From a virus, in the IMG/VR virus record IMGVR_UViG_3300026097_000008, positions 1 through 64,000 of that record: a stretch of DNA of 64,000 bases; one strand, written 5' to 3'. The stretch's first letter is position 1. The number at the start of each line of letters is the position of its first letter. The position numbers and the translations under genes were made by a program. Positions 45,276-55,982 of the stretch are shown here, piece after piece. A model generated the notes under the pieces. It was not told the DNA's origin. It did no database searches and worked only from the letters and a program-made list of their open reading frames with translations.

Positions 45276-47717
45276 TTACTTGTTGTAGCCTTTTTCTTCT
45301 AATGCTTGTAATAGTTGAGATTTAATTGATTCTACAGCCATTGCATTATCACCATCTTGCGCCTTTGCATACGCCTTCTTCTCTCTATTAAGACCGCCAC
45401 TTAGATCTTTAGTCATATGCTTGTGATCTTTGTAGTCTTCTTCAGGAGCATTGTCCCACTCTTCTTCAACATTTTCTTCTGGTGTATCCATCATACGCAT
45501 CATGTTTACCATATCGTCGTGCTTGTCAACTGGACCCACATGCATATCTGCAACAGGAGATGCGTCTTTTGCTCCTGCTAGCTGCATCATACGAACTAGA
45601 TCTTTAACATTTTCTTCACCGCTTGCATTGAGTGTCACACTCATTGTGACTGGATTGCCTTCGTTTTGCGGCATTGGCATTTGGCCGCATTCGTCTAATT
45701 CGCTCATTATACTTTCCTTTAAAGGTTGTCTATCTGTTATGTTGTTGTCCCAACTAAAATCTGCTCTTATTCTACCTTGGCTGTCGGTACGCCCAGGAGT
45801 TTCTGTTCTTTGTTTTCCGTGCTCACTTTGTATCTGTTTCCAAAATCTATTACTATTTGCAATACTATAATTAGTGTCAGATCCACCCATGTATTTTTTG
45901 TTGAAATAACCATAAAAAGCATTATTCAAATCTGCTCTAGCAATTTGGTAATTAGTATTAGTACTTGTAGATTTTCTAGCTAGTTCTCTAATAGCATCCA
46001 TGTAATAATTATTTAACGTGCCGCTTCCGCCAGCTATAGGTGCACCATTTAATAGCATTTGTTCTGCTTTTTTCACAATAGGATGAGTACCTGCTCTCAT
46101 TTGTGCAGCAACTTTTTGAACATCTTGTGTTTTGTTGCCTGTAGAGCGTGTGGTAGTAGTTGTGCTAAACTTTGAATTATATTGCTGCAAAAGTTTTTTT
46201 GATCTAGGATCACTACTACCTTGTAATTTTTTAATTAAACGGTCTAGTTCGGCTCTTTCGTCTTGTGTTAAAGCTTCTGTAAGTGATTCCATTAATTTTA
46301 ACATGTCGAGCATGCTAAAATCTGTGCTTGCTGTTTGTATACCGCGTTCTCTGCCATCGCGCTCTGCATCTGGTTGCCCTGCTTCTTCATCAGCTTTTCT
46401 TAATAATTCTTCTATCCGCGAAATATCTTTATCTGTGACAGGATTTTCTGCTGCTGGTGGATTTGTTTGATCTCCTCTTGGATCAGTTGCATCTGGATCT
46501 GCTGCTGGTGGATTTGTTTGATCTCCTCTTGGATCAGTTGCATCTGGATCTGCTGCTGGTGGATTTGTTTGATCTCCTCTTGGATCAGTTGCATCTGGAT
46601 CTGCTGCTGGTGGATTTGTTTGATCTCCTCTTGGATCAGTTGCATCTGGATCTGCTGCTGGTGGATTTGTTTGATCTCCTCTTGGATCAGTTGCATCTGG
46701 ATCTACACTTCCGGTGCCACTATCTGTACTATCTGCATCATTTTCTGCGTCCGTCTGCGGTGCGTCTCCGCCTCTTGTGCCATCGCCTGCATCGCCTGAC
46801 TGCGTTGCACCTTCTTCGCCGCCTGTTTGCGGAGCAGATCTTGCATTTAATAGCTCTTGCAATTTAGCCATGGTAGTCGGACCAGCCTCGCCGTCTACTG
46901 TTAAGCCGTTTTGTCTTTGGAATTCTTGCACTGCCGCATAAGTTCCACGACCATACTTGCCGTCAACACCGTTTGGATCAAAACCTAGTCTGCTAAGTCC
47001 TGTTTGTAAATCACGCACACTATCCATTGCCTGACGTCCACCGTCATTGTAAGCATCTAATAAACTAGGCGTTTCTGTGTCTAGTCTACCTGCTAGTGAA
47101 TCACCTTGTGGTGCATTATCAGCACTATCAGCATCTAGTTCTGCATCTGTTTGTGGTGCAGGTGTTTCGCCCTTAGTATCAAGTCTTGAAGTTGGAGTAC
47201 CTGAGTCAGCACTATCAGCATCGTTTTCTGCATCAGTTTGTGGTGCTGCTGGTGGATTTGTTTGATCTCCTCTTGGATCAGTTGCATCTGGATCTGCTGC
47301 TGGTGGATTTGTTTGATCTCCTCTTGGATCAGTTGCATCTGGATCTGCTGCTGGTGGATTTGTATCAACTTGTGGCGCTTCGTCAGAAGCTGGTGTTTCT
47401 GGTTGTGCAGGAGCAGTTGTGTTTGGCTGTGCATCTTGCGTAGGTTCAGGCATGTTGGGCGAATCTTGTGAATCCAAAGGCTCATTTTCGTCTGGGTCAG
47501 ATACTGGTTGCGCAGGACTGTCTGTCATTATACCTGCAAGTTCCTCTGGATTGTTTCCAGTAGCATCTACACTTTTTTCAATTTCCTCAGCGTCTTCCTG
47601 ATCCCAACCTAAGTCTTTAGCAATTCTATCGGCTAATTCGCCTTCTTTTAATTCTGCTAATTTTTTTGTTTCTGTGCCAAAGGCATCGGCAATTTTAATA
47701 TAATCTCTAATATCCAT
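45276..47717 (-). CDS. Acidic repeat protein with peptidoglycan-binding (PG_binding_1) domain
   Basis: VRDLQTGLSRLGF...VDGKYGRGTYAAVQEFQRQNGLTVDGEAGPTT. Confidence 0.85.
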   Translation of the reverse strand: MDIRDYIKIADAFGTETKKLAELKEGELADRIAKDLGWDQEDAEEIEKSVDATGNNPEELAGIMTDSPAQPVSDPDENEPLDSQDSPNMPEPTQDAQPNTTAPAQPETPASDEAPQVDTNPPAADPDATDPRGDQTNPPAADPDATDPRGDQTNPPAAPQTDAENDADSADSGTPTSRLDTKGETPAPQTDAELDADSADNAPQGDSLAGRLDTETPSLLDAYNDGGRQAMDSVRDLQTGLSRLGFDPNGVDGKYGRGTYAAVQEFQRQNGLTVDGEAGPTTMAKLQELLNARSAPQTGGEEGATQSGDAGDGTRGGDAPQTDAENDADSTDSGTGSVDPDATDPRGDQTNPPAADPDATDPRGDQTNPPAADPDATDPRGDQTNPPAADPDATDPRGDQTNPPAADPDATDPRGDQTNPPAAENPVTDKDISRIEELLRKADEEAGQPDAERDGRERGIQTASTDFSMLDMLKLMESLTEALTQDERAELDRLIKKLQGSSDPRSKKLLQQYNSKFSTTTTTRSTGNKTQDVQKVAAQMRAGTHPIVKKAEQMLLNGAPIAGGSGTLNNYYMDAIRELARKSTSTNTNYQIARADLNNAFYGYFNKKYMGGSDTNYSIANSNRFWKQIQSEHGKQRTETPGRTDSQGRIRADFSWDNNITDRQPLKESIMSELDECGQMPMPQNEGNPVTMSVTLNASGEENVKDLVRMMQLAGAKDASPVADMHVGPVDKHDDMVNMMRMMDTPEENVEEEWDNAPEEDYKDHKHMTKDLSGGLNREKKAYAKAQDGDNAMAVESIKSQLLQALEEKGYNK
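46448..46702. repeat. 51-bp tandem repeat x5 (coding DPDATDPRGDQTNPPAA)
   Basis: Units look identical. Two more copies lie at ~47244-47362. Confidence 0.95.
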
Positions 47718-47718
47718 C

Positions 47719-48282
47719 TCAGCTTCCTATTGGACTCGTTGTATTCTGCTTATCGCCAATATCTTTTGACTCACCTGCAGGTGCGCCTTCCATTGGGTCA
47801 ATTTCGCGCTCTTTGCGAGCTGTTTCTAATTCTTTTAGGAGATCCATAACTCTATTACCGCCGACACTTTCTTGCGCACTTGTTCCGCCCATGTCTTCTG
47901 TAGTAAGCATAGTTTGGTATTCGCCTGCTTCTTCTTGCGACTGTTGTTCTTCAATAGGATCAAACTCACCTCGTACAGTGACATGACTGTGTGGCACTTT
48001 ACAGTTTTGTACTACGTATTGTTCTAGGATATAGCTTGTAGTTGGATACTTAACTTCAATATCGTATGTAGTGACTTCTATATTTTGTAGCTGCGGAAAG
48101 TCTAACGGACGTTCTGTAATTGGTGCTCTTTTACCTGCACCCATATTTACTACTTCAAATTTTTGCATATGTGTTTTAAGATTGTTGTCAAAATCTTCGG
48201 GCAATTCGCCTGCAACACGAACTTTAAATTTGTAAGTCTTTTGACTTTCTTGTAATAATTCTTTAAATGATTTCATGGCCAC
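47719..48282 (-). CDS. Conserved hypothetical late protein
   Basis: MKSFKELLQE N-terminus. Confidence 0.8.
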   Translation of the reverse strand: MAMKSFKELLQESQKTYKFKVRVAGELPEDFDNNLKTHMQKFEVVNMGAGKRAPITERPLDFPQLQNIEVTTYDIEVKYPTTSYILEQYVVQNCKVPHSHVTVRGEFDPIEEQQSQEEAGEYQTMLTTEDMGGTSAQESVGGNRVMDLLKELETARKEREIDPMEGAPAGESKDIGDKQNTTSPIGS

Positions 48283-48295
48283 TTCCTATTATATA

Positions 48296-48787
48296 CTATT
48301 TATCCATGTTCTTAAGTTTTTCTAGCAAACTATTACGGTCGGAAATAACATATCCTTCACCGTTAACGATGTCGCTCCCGTCGGAGGATCCTTCTTTGTC
48401 TAATTTTTCTTTCTTAAGTTGTAGTTCGATTGTTTTTAGTTTTTTGTCCATTTTAGCAACTTTAGCATCGAGACTAGTTTTCAAAAGGCCGCCTGCAACT
48501 TCAAATATTCTACCACTATAACGACTTTCTACGTTCATACCTAGATCCATTAAATCGTCGTATGCTTGTGCAGCCTTATCAGCAATATCATCTAGCTCCG
48601 AGTCTGCTTTATCACCTAAGCCTTTTACACTTGGCAGAGCACTTGCAATTTTATCAAACTCTTGCATCGCGCTAAAAGTTTCTTCTTGCTCAACAATAGC
48701 AGCCTCTGCTTTTTCTTTGTTTTTTTCTTCCTGGATCATTTCTTTTGAATCAGGTAAATTTAATAAATCTTCAAGTTTTTTGGTCAT
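48296..48787 (-). CDS. Helical protein, possible terminase small subunit
   Basis: Size, coiled-coil content, GRIFEVA; packaging-gene neighbourhood. Confidence 0.5.
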   Translation of the reverse strand: MTKKLEDLLNLPDSKEMIQEEKNKEKAEAAIVEQEETFSAMQEFDKIASALPSVKGLGDKADSELDDIADKAAQAYDDLMDLGMNVESRYSGRIFEVAGGLLKTSLDAKVAKMDKKLKTIELQLKKEKLDKEGSSDGSDIVNGEGYVISDRNSLLEKLKNMDK

Positions 48788-48816
48788 AGTAGTGGTCCAT
48801 TATATACTACTATTAT

Positions 48817-49251
48817 TTATCGTTTACCTGTGTGGAATATATCAGTTTCAGTTATAACCCTAAAGAATATACCCTTTTGTTTACACCATGCTCTAGCAGC
48901 TTCCCATTTTGCTTGATTAACTACCCAGTGCGCTTGATTAGCTCTACTGCGGCCGGTTTTTTCTTTTATAGTTTGATTGGCAGGTTTTACTTCAATTAGT
49001 TCTACTCTTTGTTTACCGCCCTTGTCTGCATAAGCAATAAAAAAGTCAGGTACATAAATTGTATATTTTCCTGACAGAGGATTTCGATATGGTATTTTAA
49101 TACTTTCACTAGCCCATTGTGCTACGCTAGGATGTTCATCGCAAAATCTCATAAAAGCAAATTCCCAGCTACTTCTATAAGTAGGACTTTTTGTACCTAT
49201 GTATTTTTCTGGAAATTTACAATTAAACTTTCCTTGCGCAAAACGGCTCAT
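48817..49251 (-). CDS. Head completion nuclease (T4 gp4/TnsA-like)
   Basis: YRSSWE, WASE, YVPDF, IEVKP, NQAKWEAA. Confidence 0.9.
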   Translation of the reverse strand: MSRFAQGKFNCKFPEKYIGTKSPTYRSSWEFAFMRFCDEHPSVAQWASESIKIPYRNPLSGKYTIYVPDFFIAYADKGGKQRVELIEVKPANQTIKEKTGRSRANQAHWVVNQAKWEAARAWCKQKGIFFRVITETDIFHTGKR

Positions 49252-49613
49252 ACCACAATATTACGTCTTTCGATTTTTTCAGTAGATCCTTGAATTTTAT
49301 ATCCTAGTACACTTGTTCTTAATCTACTATAGTTGAGTATTTCGGCAACTACTGCACTCAATTGAACTTCATTAAATCCTTTTAAGGTATCAAGAAGTGT
49401 AAAAACTTTTACGCCGTCGATTTTTGCTTGGTTTAATAAACTAGTACTTGTAGCAATAGCTGCTGACTTTTCAAAGCCCCTTTTCTCAAAAAAAGCCACT
49501 ACTGCATCTACTTCATTACTAGGGAAACTTAATTTTTTATTAAAGTAGTTGTCAAAAACTTCTGTGACCTTTCTATCACTAGTTCTTTCTTGGGCAGGCA
49601 AACTGTTTGTCAT
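49248..49613 (-). CDS. Hypothetical protein
   Basis: Coupled ORF. Confidence 0.8.
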   Translation of the reverse strand: MTNSLPAQERTSDRKVTEVFDNYFNKKLSFPSNEVDAVVAFFEKRGFEKSAAIATSTSLLNQAKIDGVKVFTLLDTLKGFNEVQLSAVVAEILNYSRLRTSVLGYKIQGSTEKIERRNIVV

Positions 49614-50914
49614 TAATTTACTCCTAAAGCTCTGTTTCTATAAATCTGTTGCGCACTAGAAGAAAGATTGCTCCATGCAGCATTTCTCTCATTTATACCG
49701 CCTGCATTGCCGTTATTCTGATAATCTTTTCCAAAAGCGTCTCTAGCTGCACTTTCTAAAGCAGCAGGATTATTACGCAACTCCTGTCTTTCTCTATAAT
49801 TATTTACAGCTTGCACGGCTACAGCGGCACCGGCTGTGGCTAATAATAATTTACCCTGACCGCCATCGCCGCTATTTTTTGGAAATAGCGTCTGCGCTAC
49901 ACCGCTTACATTGGCTCCTGCTACATTACCAATAGCTCTAGTTAAAATATTTAAACCACCTTGACGAAGTCCTTCAGAACTTAAATTCCTTACATTTCCA
50001 ATAAGATTAGCTGCGGCAAGTGCTGCTTCTAACGGATTGTCAAATGTATCTCCGCCTGCTATGAAGTCATATAAGTCTAGTGCACCTTCTATAATGCTTC
50101 CTATATTTTCTGTACCACCGCCAACTAAGCTTAATGGACTAGGAGTTTGATCGTAATGGTCTTGGCCAAATCCTTTAGGTTCACCTTGTGCTCCTGTTTC
50201 AATTTGTCCTGCATCATAAAACACTGCTTCGTAAGCAATAGTCATTTGATTCTCTGTTGTTCCTGCGCCGTCACTATTGTCTAGTCTATCGTGACCCCAG
50301 TTAGTGACAATAGGATTTACTAAGGTATAAGTGACATATGATCCTCTAGACAATTGACTTATTTGTATACTGTTAAAAAATGGTAAGCCAGGATTATTAT
50401 TATCTAAGCCAAACTTATATTTGTTTCTAGTAGAACCTTCATATGTACTATCAGGAGTACGAGAATATGCTCGTCCGTTATCTCTTATTTGATTGCCGTC
50501 AGCATAGTGATATCTATAATATGCTTGCATTAAGGCTGTAGTCAAACTTGAGTTGTCGTCATGGAATGATATAGTGATAGGGTCGTAGGTGATTGCAGTT
50601 TGTACATTTTTGACCCTATTATACATTTTTTTAGTTTCTATTTGGGCTTGATATTTGGGTAAATCTGCACTTTTAACAAGCATGCCCATTTCATTTATAA
50701 TTTTTGCACCGTCTACTGTCATTTTAGGAATTAGACTTGCAGCAGTGCCATTTATATCAAAGAATACATGATATAAAAATCTAGTTTTAGGTGCTAGTGC
50801 GTGATTATTATCAGTATATAATCTTGCGGCGTGAGCAAAGTCTCCTAAATTGCCTTTAGGATTTAGGGCGCCGCCCGCTACACTATCAAAGAAACCATTA
50901 TACTTATTTGCCAT
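49613..50914 (-). CDS. Tail tube-related/baseplate tube initiator (gp54/gp48-like)
   Basis: VKSADLP...YDPITISFHDD tube-fold pattern; next to the tube gene. Confidence 0.65.
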   Translation of the reverse strand: MANKYNGFFDSVAGGALNPKGNLGDFAHAARLYTDNNHALAPKTRFLYHVFFDINGTAASLIPKMTVDGAKIINEMGMLVKSADLPKYQAQIETKKMYNRVKNVQTAITYDPITISFHDDNSSLTTALMQAYYRYHYADGNQIRDNGRAYSRTPDSTYEGSTRNKYKFGLDNNNPGLPFFNSIQISQLSRGSYVTYTLVNPIVTNWGHDRLDNSDGAGTTENQMTIAYEAVFYDAGQIETGAQGEPKGFGQDHYDQTPSPLSLVGGGTENIGSIIEGALDLYDFIAGGDTFDNPLEAALAAANLIGNVRNLSSEGLRQGGLNILTRAIGNVAGANVSGVAQTLFPKNSGDGGQGKLLLATAGAAVAVQAVNNYRERQELRNNPAALESAARDAFGKDYQNNGNAGGINERNAAWSNLSSSAQQIYRNRALGVN

Positions 50915-51003
50915 ACAAATATTTATCTTATATAATTATATGCATACATAATAAAAAAGGGAGCATAAGCTCCCTTAATTACGCAGACTAAATGTTCTAG
51001 TTA

Positions 51004-51633
51004 TTATGCGCCGCCGCCTGTCACTAGAGTATTTGTGGTACGTCCAATTGCTGTACCAATACCAGTGCCTTGCGGCGATTGGATAGCATTGTCATATCTA
51101 ATATTTAATGTGACGCTGACTGGATCAGTTGAGTTTGAATAACTTAACTGGTTGTAGTTTGCACTCTCACAATAGCAACCGTAAAGTTCAAAAGTTTCCA
51201 GCACAGTTGGCGTGTTTGCGCCGTTTCCGCCGTCTAAGATTTCAATGCGTGTTGTAAACTTATAGTCTAAACCAGATGCTGCACTCGATTGCTCGTAGAA
51301 GTCAAACTGCTTCTGCAATTGTTCGCCTACTAGTTTTTGAACATTGTTGTTTACATCTTCACGTAAGTTAAGTGAAATCGGTTCCCATGTATGCTTGCCT
51401 GCTAGATATACACGAGAGTTGTAAACATCAATTGTCATTTGTTCAAAACTTACGTTTGGACGAGTCACATCAATAACTTGTTTTGTAAGTTCTGTAGTTG
51501 GCGTGCTTACACCAAAGTTTTCCAGCGTCACTCTAAAGCGATACTGTAGCTTTGGCATTAGCAAGCCCTGATTGCTAGCGGAATCACCGCTAGCAAGTGG
51601 TACTGTAATTTTTGATAGTGTTGAAATAGCCAT
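51004..51633 (-). CDS. Tail tube protein (gp19-like)
   Basis: YRFRV, GKHTWEPI, LYGCY; downstream of sheath. Confidence 0.88.
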   Translation of the reverse strand: MAISTLSKITVPLASGDSASNQGLLMPKLQYRFRVTLENFGVSTPTTELTKQVIDVTRPNVSFEQMTIDVYNSRVYLAGKHTWEPISLNLREDVNNNVQKLVGEQLQKQFDFYEQSSAASGLDYKFTTRIEILDGGNGANTPTVLETFELYGCYCESANYNQLSYSNSTDPVSVTLNIRYDNAIQSPQGTGIGTAIGRTTNTLVTGGGA

Positions 51634-51666
51634 TTAATCTGCTCCTAATCTATATGTATTTATAAC

Positions 51667-54600
51667 TTATAACCCTGCAATTTCACCGGTATTTTTCAAG
51701 CGTAGTGGAATGTAAATAAATTCAACTGCCTTGACTGGTTCAATAGCAATGTCTAAGTATAGCTCATTACGGTCGATTCTGCTTGGAGTATTGTTTGACT
51801 CGTCACATACTACTAGGTAATCATATAGAGCTCTTTGACCAACTAGTTCAAGGAGTAAGCTTTCTGCTGCCTGCTTGATTTCGTCTCGTGTAATCTTATC
51901 GTTTGGTTCAAAGATATACGGCTTAGCAAGCTGATTCAATTGTGAACGTAAGTATATCACCAGTCGTGCTACGTTAATCCTATCTAGTGCGCTTGCACCT
52001 CTTGCACGAGTTTTCTGACCAAATGCAACTAAACCTGCACCACTTATAAACGTAATTGGGTTAATGTTGTTTTGATACAGTGTATCTCTTTGACCTTCAT
52101 TTAGTGCTACTGCTACAAATTCTCCTTCACTATTCAAATAGCCTGTTGAACTTGCATTTGTTATGCCGCCGCGTCTTGTGCCAGCTGGTGCAAACCATGG
52201 GAAGCTAACTTGATCGCTTAGTGCAATTGTTCGTAGCATCATGTGTGATGCTGGAACAACTACATTATTACCGAAGTTGTCACTTGTAAAGCCTGCTGGA
52301 TAAAATACACCTAAGTATTCATCTCTGCTTACAAGACCGTCGTCGTTATCTTCAACAGCAGCATTTACGTTTGTTGCCCATTCGTTTAATGAAGTAGCAT
52401 CTGGTGTTAGTCTTAGTGGACTATCACCAACAATAAATGCTGTCAAACCTCTATCAAAGTTTAAGCTAATCATTTCTCCAATCAGCTCTGGATAGCCCGG
52501 CGTTGCCATTAGATTAAACAATCTTGATTCGTCATCTCTAATATCATCATTGCTATTTACTGTAGCTTGTAGAGCTTGTACAACAACTTTACGTTGTGCC
52601 TTGCGTCCAAAGCTACCTGAACCATCTGCTTGATTGCCTGACTCAGTCACCCAACGGTGTGGGTAGTAAGACCCCATATCTTCGTCGCCGTTGCGAGCAT
52701 TATCTGCATTTAAGTTAATGTAGTTGCGCTCGAAACGTTTTACATTAAATCCGCTTCTACGTAAATTCCATAGCAACATACCTTTTGGATATAGTGCAGG
52801 ATCAGGTGCATCTGGATCTAGGTAGTCGCTAACTAACAGTTCAGCAATAGTTGCATCCGGTGCCGTTGTTGCTGAGCCGCCTGTATCACCATAACGTGCA
52901 TCTGCAAATAGTATACCGTTTTCTGTAGTTTGATCTGACTTGTCAATCGGTGTGCCCCACTTTTGTGCTGTTGTACCTGAAAGTGTTGCATTATAAACAT
53001 AAATTGTTGGATAGTTTTCAAGATCAGAAGTATCAATCCATATATCGCCTGTCACTAGTGGTGTGCCGTCGCTTTGTGCAGTTGGCATACTTGCTGCAAC
53101 AATAGGACCTTCTGGATCTGCATCAGCATATTCGTTTTGATAACCTTTCCAGCTAGTACCGTCATGTACCATAATATCAACTTCGTCAACTACACTGCTA
53201 TACCATAGCTGTCCATCTGCTGCTAAACTTGTGACTTCATTAGGACTCGCAGTGTAAGTTAGGTTGTTCCAATTACTTGCAATCAGCTGCTTAGGTGATG
53301 TTGCACTAGTTGTACCATCTTGATAATATAAATTTGCAGTCCACTGACTTTCGTCTACGGCTGCGTCTTTTGCTTGATAGCCTATTGCTGCTAACAATCC
53401 GTCTGTATCAGTAAGTTTGATTTCACCACCTAATGAGTGTGAAATAACAATTCTATTACTTGCATCTACACTTGCGCTAACGTTTGTAATATTAGCTGCG
53501 TTAATACCTGCTGCAATTGCTGTTGCATCTGCACTAGCACTACCTGTTGTGACCACAGTCACAGTATATGGTGTGCTGTATGCTGCGCTACCGTCGTCAG
53601 TTGCACTAATAGAAAACTGATTAGTGCCTGCTCCTGGAGCCGCTGATGTAATTGGATTACTTGCAATATTTGTGGCACCAATATTTGATCTTCTATACAA
53701 ACTAAATGTGACAAGTGGCTGCGTGTCATCTGCAACATTTGTTTTTGCATAGATATCGCCTACACTAAGATTAGCACCGCCGCCTGTAGGATCTAGTCCG
53801 TAAATAGCTGCTGCACTTGTACCATACAATGGAGCACTTTGTGAATCCCAAAGCAGTGTTTCTGCGTTCCAAAGTTTGACAGATAAATTTGCGCCTCTGT
53901 TTGGTGTTGTAGTTTTAAACCAAACACTTCCTGTAGGACGAGCACTAAATCCAGATGGTTGTCCTAGGCTTGTATCCGTAGTCTTCCATGCAGGAACACT
54001 TGTATGTGCGCTTATCTGTACAGCAGGTGGAAAATAAGTTCCTGCTGTAATGCCTACTAATGTCAAAGTTGCGGCTGTACCGCCAATCAAAATATCACCG
54101 CTTGCACTAGAATCTAGTGCTGCTGATCCTGTACCATCACTATAAATTTCTAAATAGCCGTCAACTGCTTCTGCTGTGACGCCTGTAATTAACGCATCGT
54201 TAATAGCAGTTGCTATAACTGAAACTGTGTCGCCTGTTGTGACACTAATTGAAGATCCGTTAATTTCAATGTTGCCTGCGTCAGCCCCAGTTGCTGTTGG
54301 ATTAGCAGCCGTTCCTTTGATAGTTGGCCAACTCTTTGTCCAATCATCGCCGCCAACTTCTACCCAAGTACCGCCTGTATTCTTGTACCAAAGTTTGTTT
54401 AGTGATGTTACTGCAACAACAGCATAACTTCCAACGGCACCTATTGAAGCTTTAGGAGTATAATCTGCACCTGCATAATCTACAACATCTGCTGTATCCG
54501 TTATAACCGTCGGCGTTTGAGTTGAAAATGTTTGACCACCAGTGGTGTTAATTCCTTCACCGTTCCATTCAAAAATACCATAAATCGAATCAGCTGTATC

Positions 54601-55011
54601 AAACCAATAAGTTCCTGCTGTTGGATTTGACGCTGGTTCTGTAGCACTTGGCTCTAGCTCGCCTAAATCGATGTCAGCCCTTACAACGTAGGCTCTGTTG
54701 CTTACGCCTAATAGTGAATAAGCAGCTTGTAAGCCATATTCATTTAATTCGCTACCATTAATTGGATTATTATTTGCGTCTACTTGGAATAATGGGTCTC
54801 CAAATGTGTCTGCTAAATCTCTTTGCGATGTAAGCAAATAAGGTGTGCCTGCATTAGCTGCTAGCGTCCCTTGTGCTGTTCCTGTGCCTGCTGCATTTGA
54901 TTTGTTTGAAGCAGTGGCAACAAAAATCATTGGTACGGTACCTGGTTCTGCTGGGGTATAGAACGACTCGTCTATTACGCTAACCTGTACTCCTGGTGAT
55001 GTCAATGCCAT
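51667..55011 (-). CDS. Tail sheath protein (gp18-like), extended
   Basis: SPGVQV, PWFAPAGTRRG, RDTLY..NINP, FGQKT, RINVARL, FEPND; start ATG 55011. Confidence 0.96.
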   Translation of the reverse strand: MALTSPGVQVSVIDESFYTPAEPGTVPMIFVATASNKSNAAGTGTAQGTLAANAGTPYLLTSQRDLADTFGDPLFQVDANNNPINGSELNEYGLQAAYSLLGVSNRAYVVRADIDLGELEPSATEPASNPTAGTYWFDTADSIYGIFEWNGEGINTTGGQTFSTQTPTVITDTADVVDYAGADYTPKASIGAVGSYAVVAVTSLNKLWYKNTGGTWVEVGGDDWTKSWPTIKGTAANPTATGADAGNIEINGSSISVTTGDTVSVIATAINDALITGVTAEAVDGYLEIYSDGTGSAALDSSASGDILIGGTAATLTLVGITAGTYFPPAVQISAHTSVPAWKTTDTSLGQPSGFSARPTGSVWFKTTTPNRGANLSVKLWNAETLLWDSQSAPLYGTSAAAIYGLDPTGGGANLSVGDIYAKTNVADDTQPLVTFSLYRRSNIGATNIASNPITSAAPGAGTNQFSISATDDGSAAYSTPYTVTVVTTGSASADATAIAAGINAANITNVSASVDASNRIVISHSLGGEIKLTDTDGLLAAIGYQAKDAAVDESQWTANLYYQDGTTSATSPKQLIASNWNNLTYTASPNEVTSLAADGQLWYSSVVDEVDIMVHDGTSWKGYQNEYADADPEGPIVAASMPTAQSDGTPLVTGDIWIDTSDLENYPTIYVYNATLSGTTAQKWGTPIDKSDQTTENGILFADARYGDTGGSATTAPDATIAELLVSDYLDPDAPDPALYPKGMLLWNLRRSGFNVKRFERNYINLNADNARNGDEDMGSYYPHRWVTESGNQADGSGSFGRKAQRKVVVQALQATVNSNDDIRDDESRLFNLMATPGYPELIGEMISLNFDRGLTAFIVGDSPLRLTPDATSLNEWATNVNAAVEDNDDGLVSRDEYLGVFYPAGFTSDNFGNNVVVPASHMMLRTIALSDQVSFPWFAPAGTRRGGITNASSTGYLNSEGEFVAVALNEGQRDTLYQNNINPITFISGAGLVAFGQKTRARGASALDRINVARLVIYLRSQLNQLAKPYIFEPNDKITRDEIKQAAESLLLELVGQRALYDYLVVCDESNNTPSRIDRNELYLDIAIEPVKAVEFIYIPLRLKNTGEIAGL

Positions 55012-55123
55012 TATAGTTCTCCTGTTGGAAATGATATTTTTATTACTTGTATTTAGCATGTAGTGAACAAAAATGTGTTATAAACCACCACAAAAAGGGA
55101 TCGAAAAGGTGACTAAATACGAT

Positions 55124-55459
55124 ATGAGACCATTATGCAAATGCGGACAGCGTCCGGCAGCTATAAATTATAAAAAAGGAAACAGAATTTATTATCGTAA
55201 ACTGTGCGAAAAATGTTTACGTAATGGTCTAGGATCGGGAGTACCTAAATGGAAACAGTCCGGATACGAAAAAAAGAATATTTGTGAAAAATGTGGATTC
55301 AAATCTAAACACAGCGAACAATTCAATGTATTTCATATAGACGGAGACTTGAACAATTGTCGCCCGTCTAATCTAAAGACAGTTTGTGCAAATTGTCAGC
55401 GTATTATGCAGAAAGAAGGTGTTCTTTGGAAACAGGGAGATCTAGTTCCTGATTTTTAA
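55124..55459 (+). CDS. HNH endonuclease-like Zn protein
   Basis: CEKCG...HIDGDLNN...NL..VCANC; start ATG 55124 after TAAATA. Confidence 0.8.
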   Translation: MRPLCKCGQRPAAINYKKGNRIYYRKLCEKCLRNGLGSGVPKWKQSGYEKKNICEKCGFKSKHSEQFNVFHIDGDLNNCRPSNLKTVCANCQRIMQKEGVLWKQGDLVPDF

Positions 55460-55949
55460 AGATAGTACTCATTAAGACGTACACATTAAATTTAAGTCTA
55501 TCTAGGTCACCATTGTTGTCAATCGTATAATCACACATCCATTGCTCGATGCTCATTGAATTAGGATCTTCAGCAGGCAAGTAATCACAACGATCTACCC
55601 AAATAGCATAATCAAAAATTTCTTCATTTTGCATTGCAAAGAATTCACGCTTATTGCGTAGTCCGCAGTAAATATCGTGTTCTGCAAACAAGTTTCTCCC
55701 AAGGCGTGCTAGATCATCGCTACAATAATCGTGAATCATATTATACCATTCAGTACGATGATTGTGCCTGTCTGCATAACATTCTTCTTCGTCTGCATAA
55801 CCGTACTTGTCCTTTAGTTCATCAAAGATAAACAGCTCTGAACAAAATTTAGACGATGATTGAAATGTATAACCATATGCTTCTAACATCTCGCATACAG
55901 TATCTTTGCCGTGACGGCCGTGGCCTACTATTAGTAGCTTTGGTAACAT
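55404..55949 (-). CDS. dNMP kinase-like P-loop protein
   Basis: GHGRHGKDT, IDNNG; sigma70 promoter at 55999-55972. Confidence 0.75.
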   Translation of the reverse strand: MLPKLLIVGHGRHGKDTVCEMLEAYGYTFQSSSKFCSELFIFDELKDKYGYADEEECYADRHNHRTEWYNMIHDYCSDDLARLGRNLFAEHDIYCGLRNKREFFAMQNEEIFDYAIWVDRCDYLPAEDPNSMSIEQWMCDYTIDNNGDLDRLKFNVYVLMSTIFKNQELDLPVSKEHLLSA

Positions 55950-55982
55950 ACAAACTCCTATATAATTTACTATTATAACATA

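Noticed and set aside
46448-47362. 51-bp repeats as a CRISPR array; RGD as an integrin ligand
   Set aside because: The units are contiguous with no spacers and in frame within a CDS. RGD is multiplied by the repeat itself and has no supporting context.
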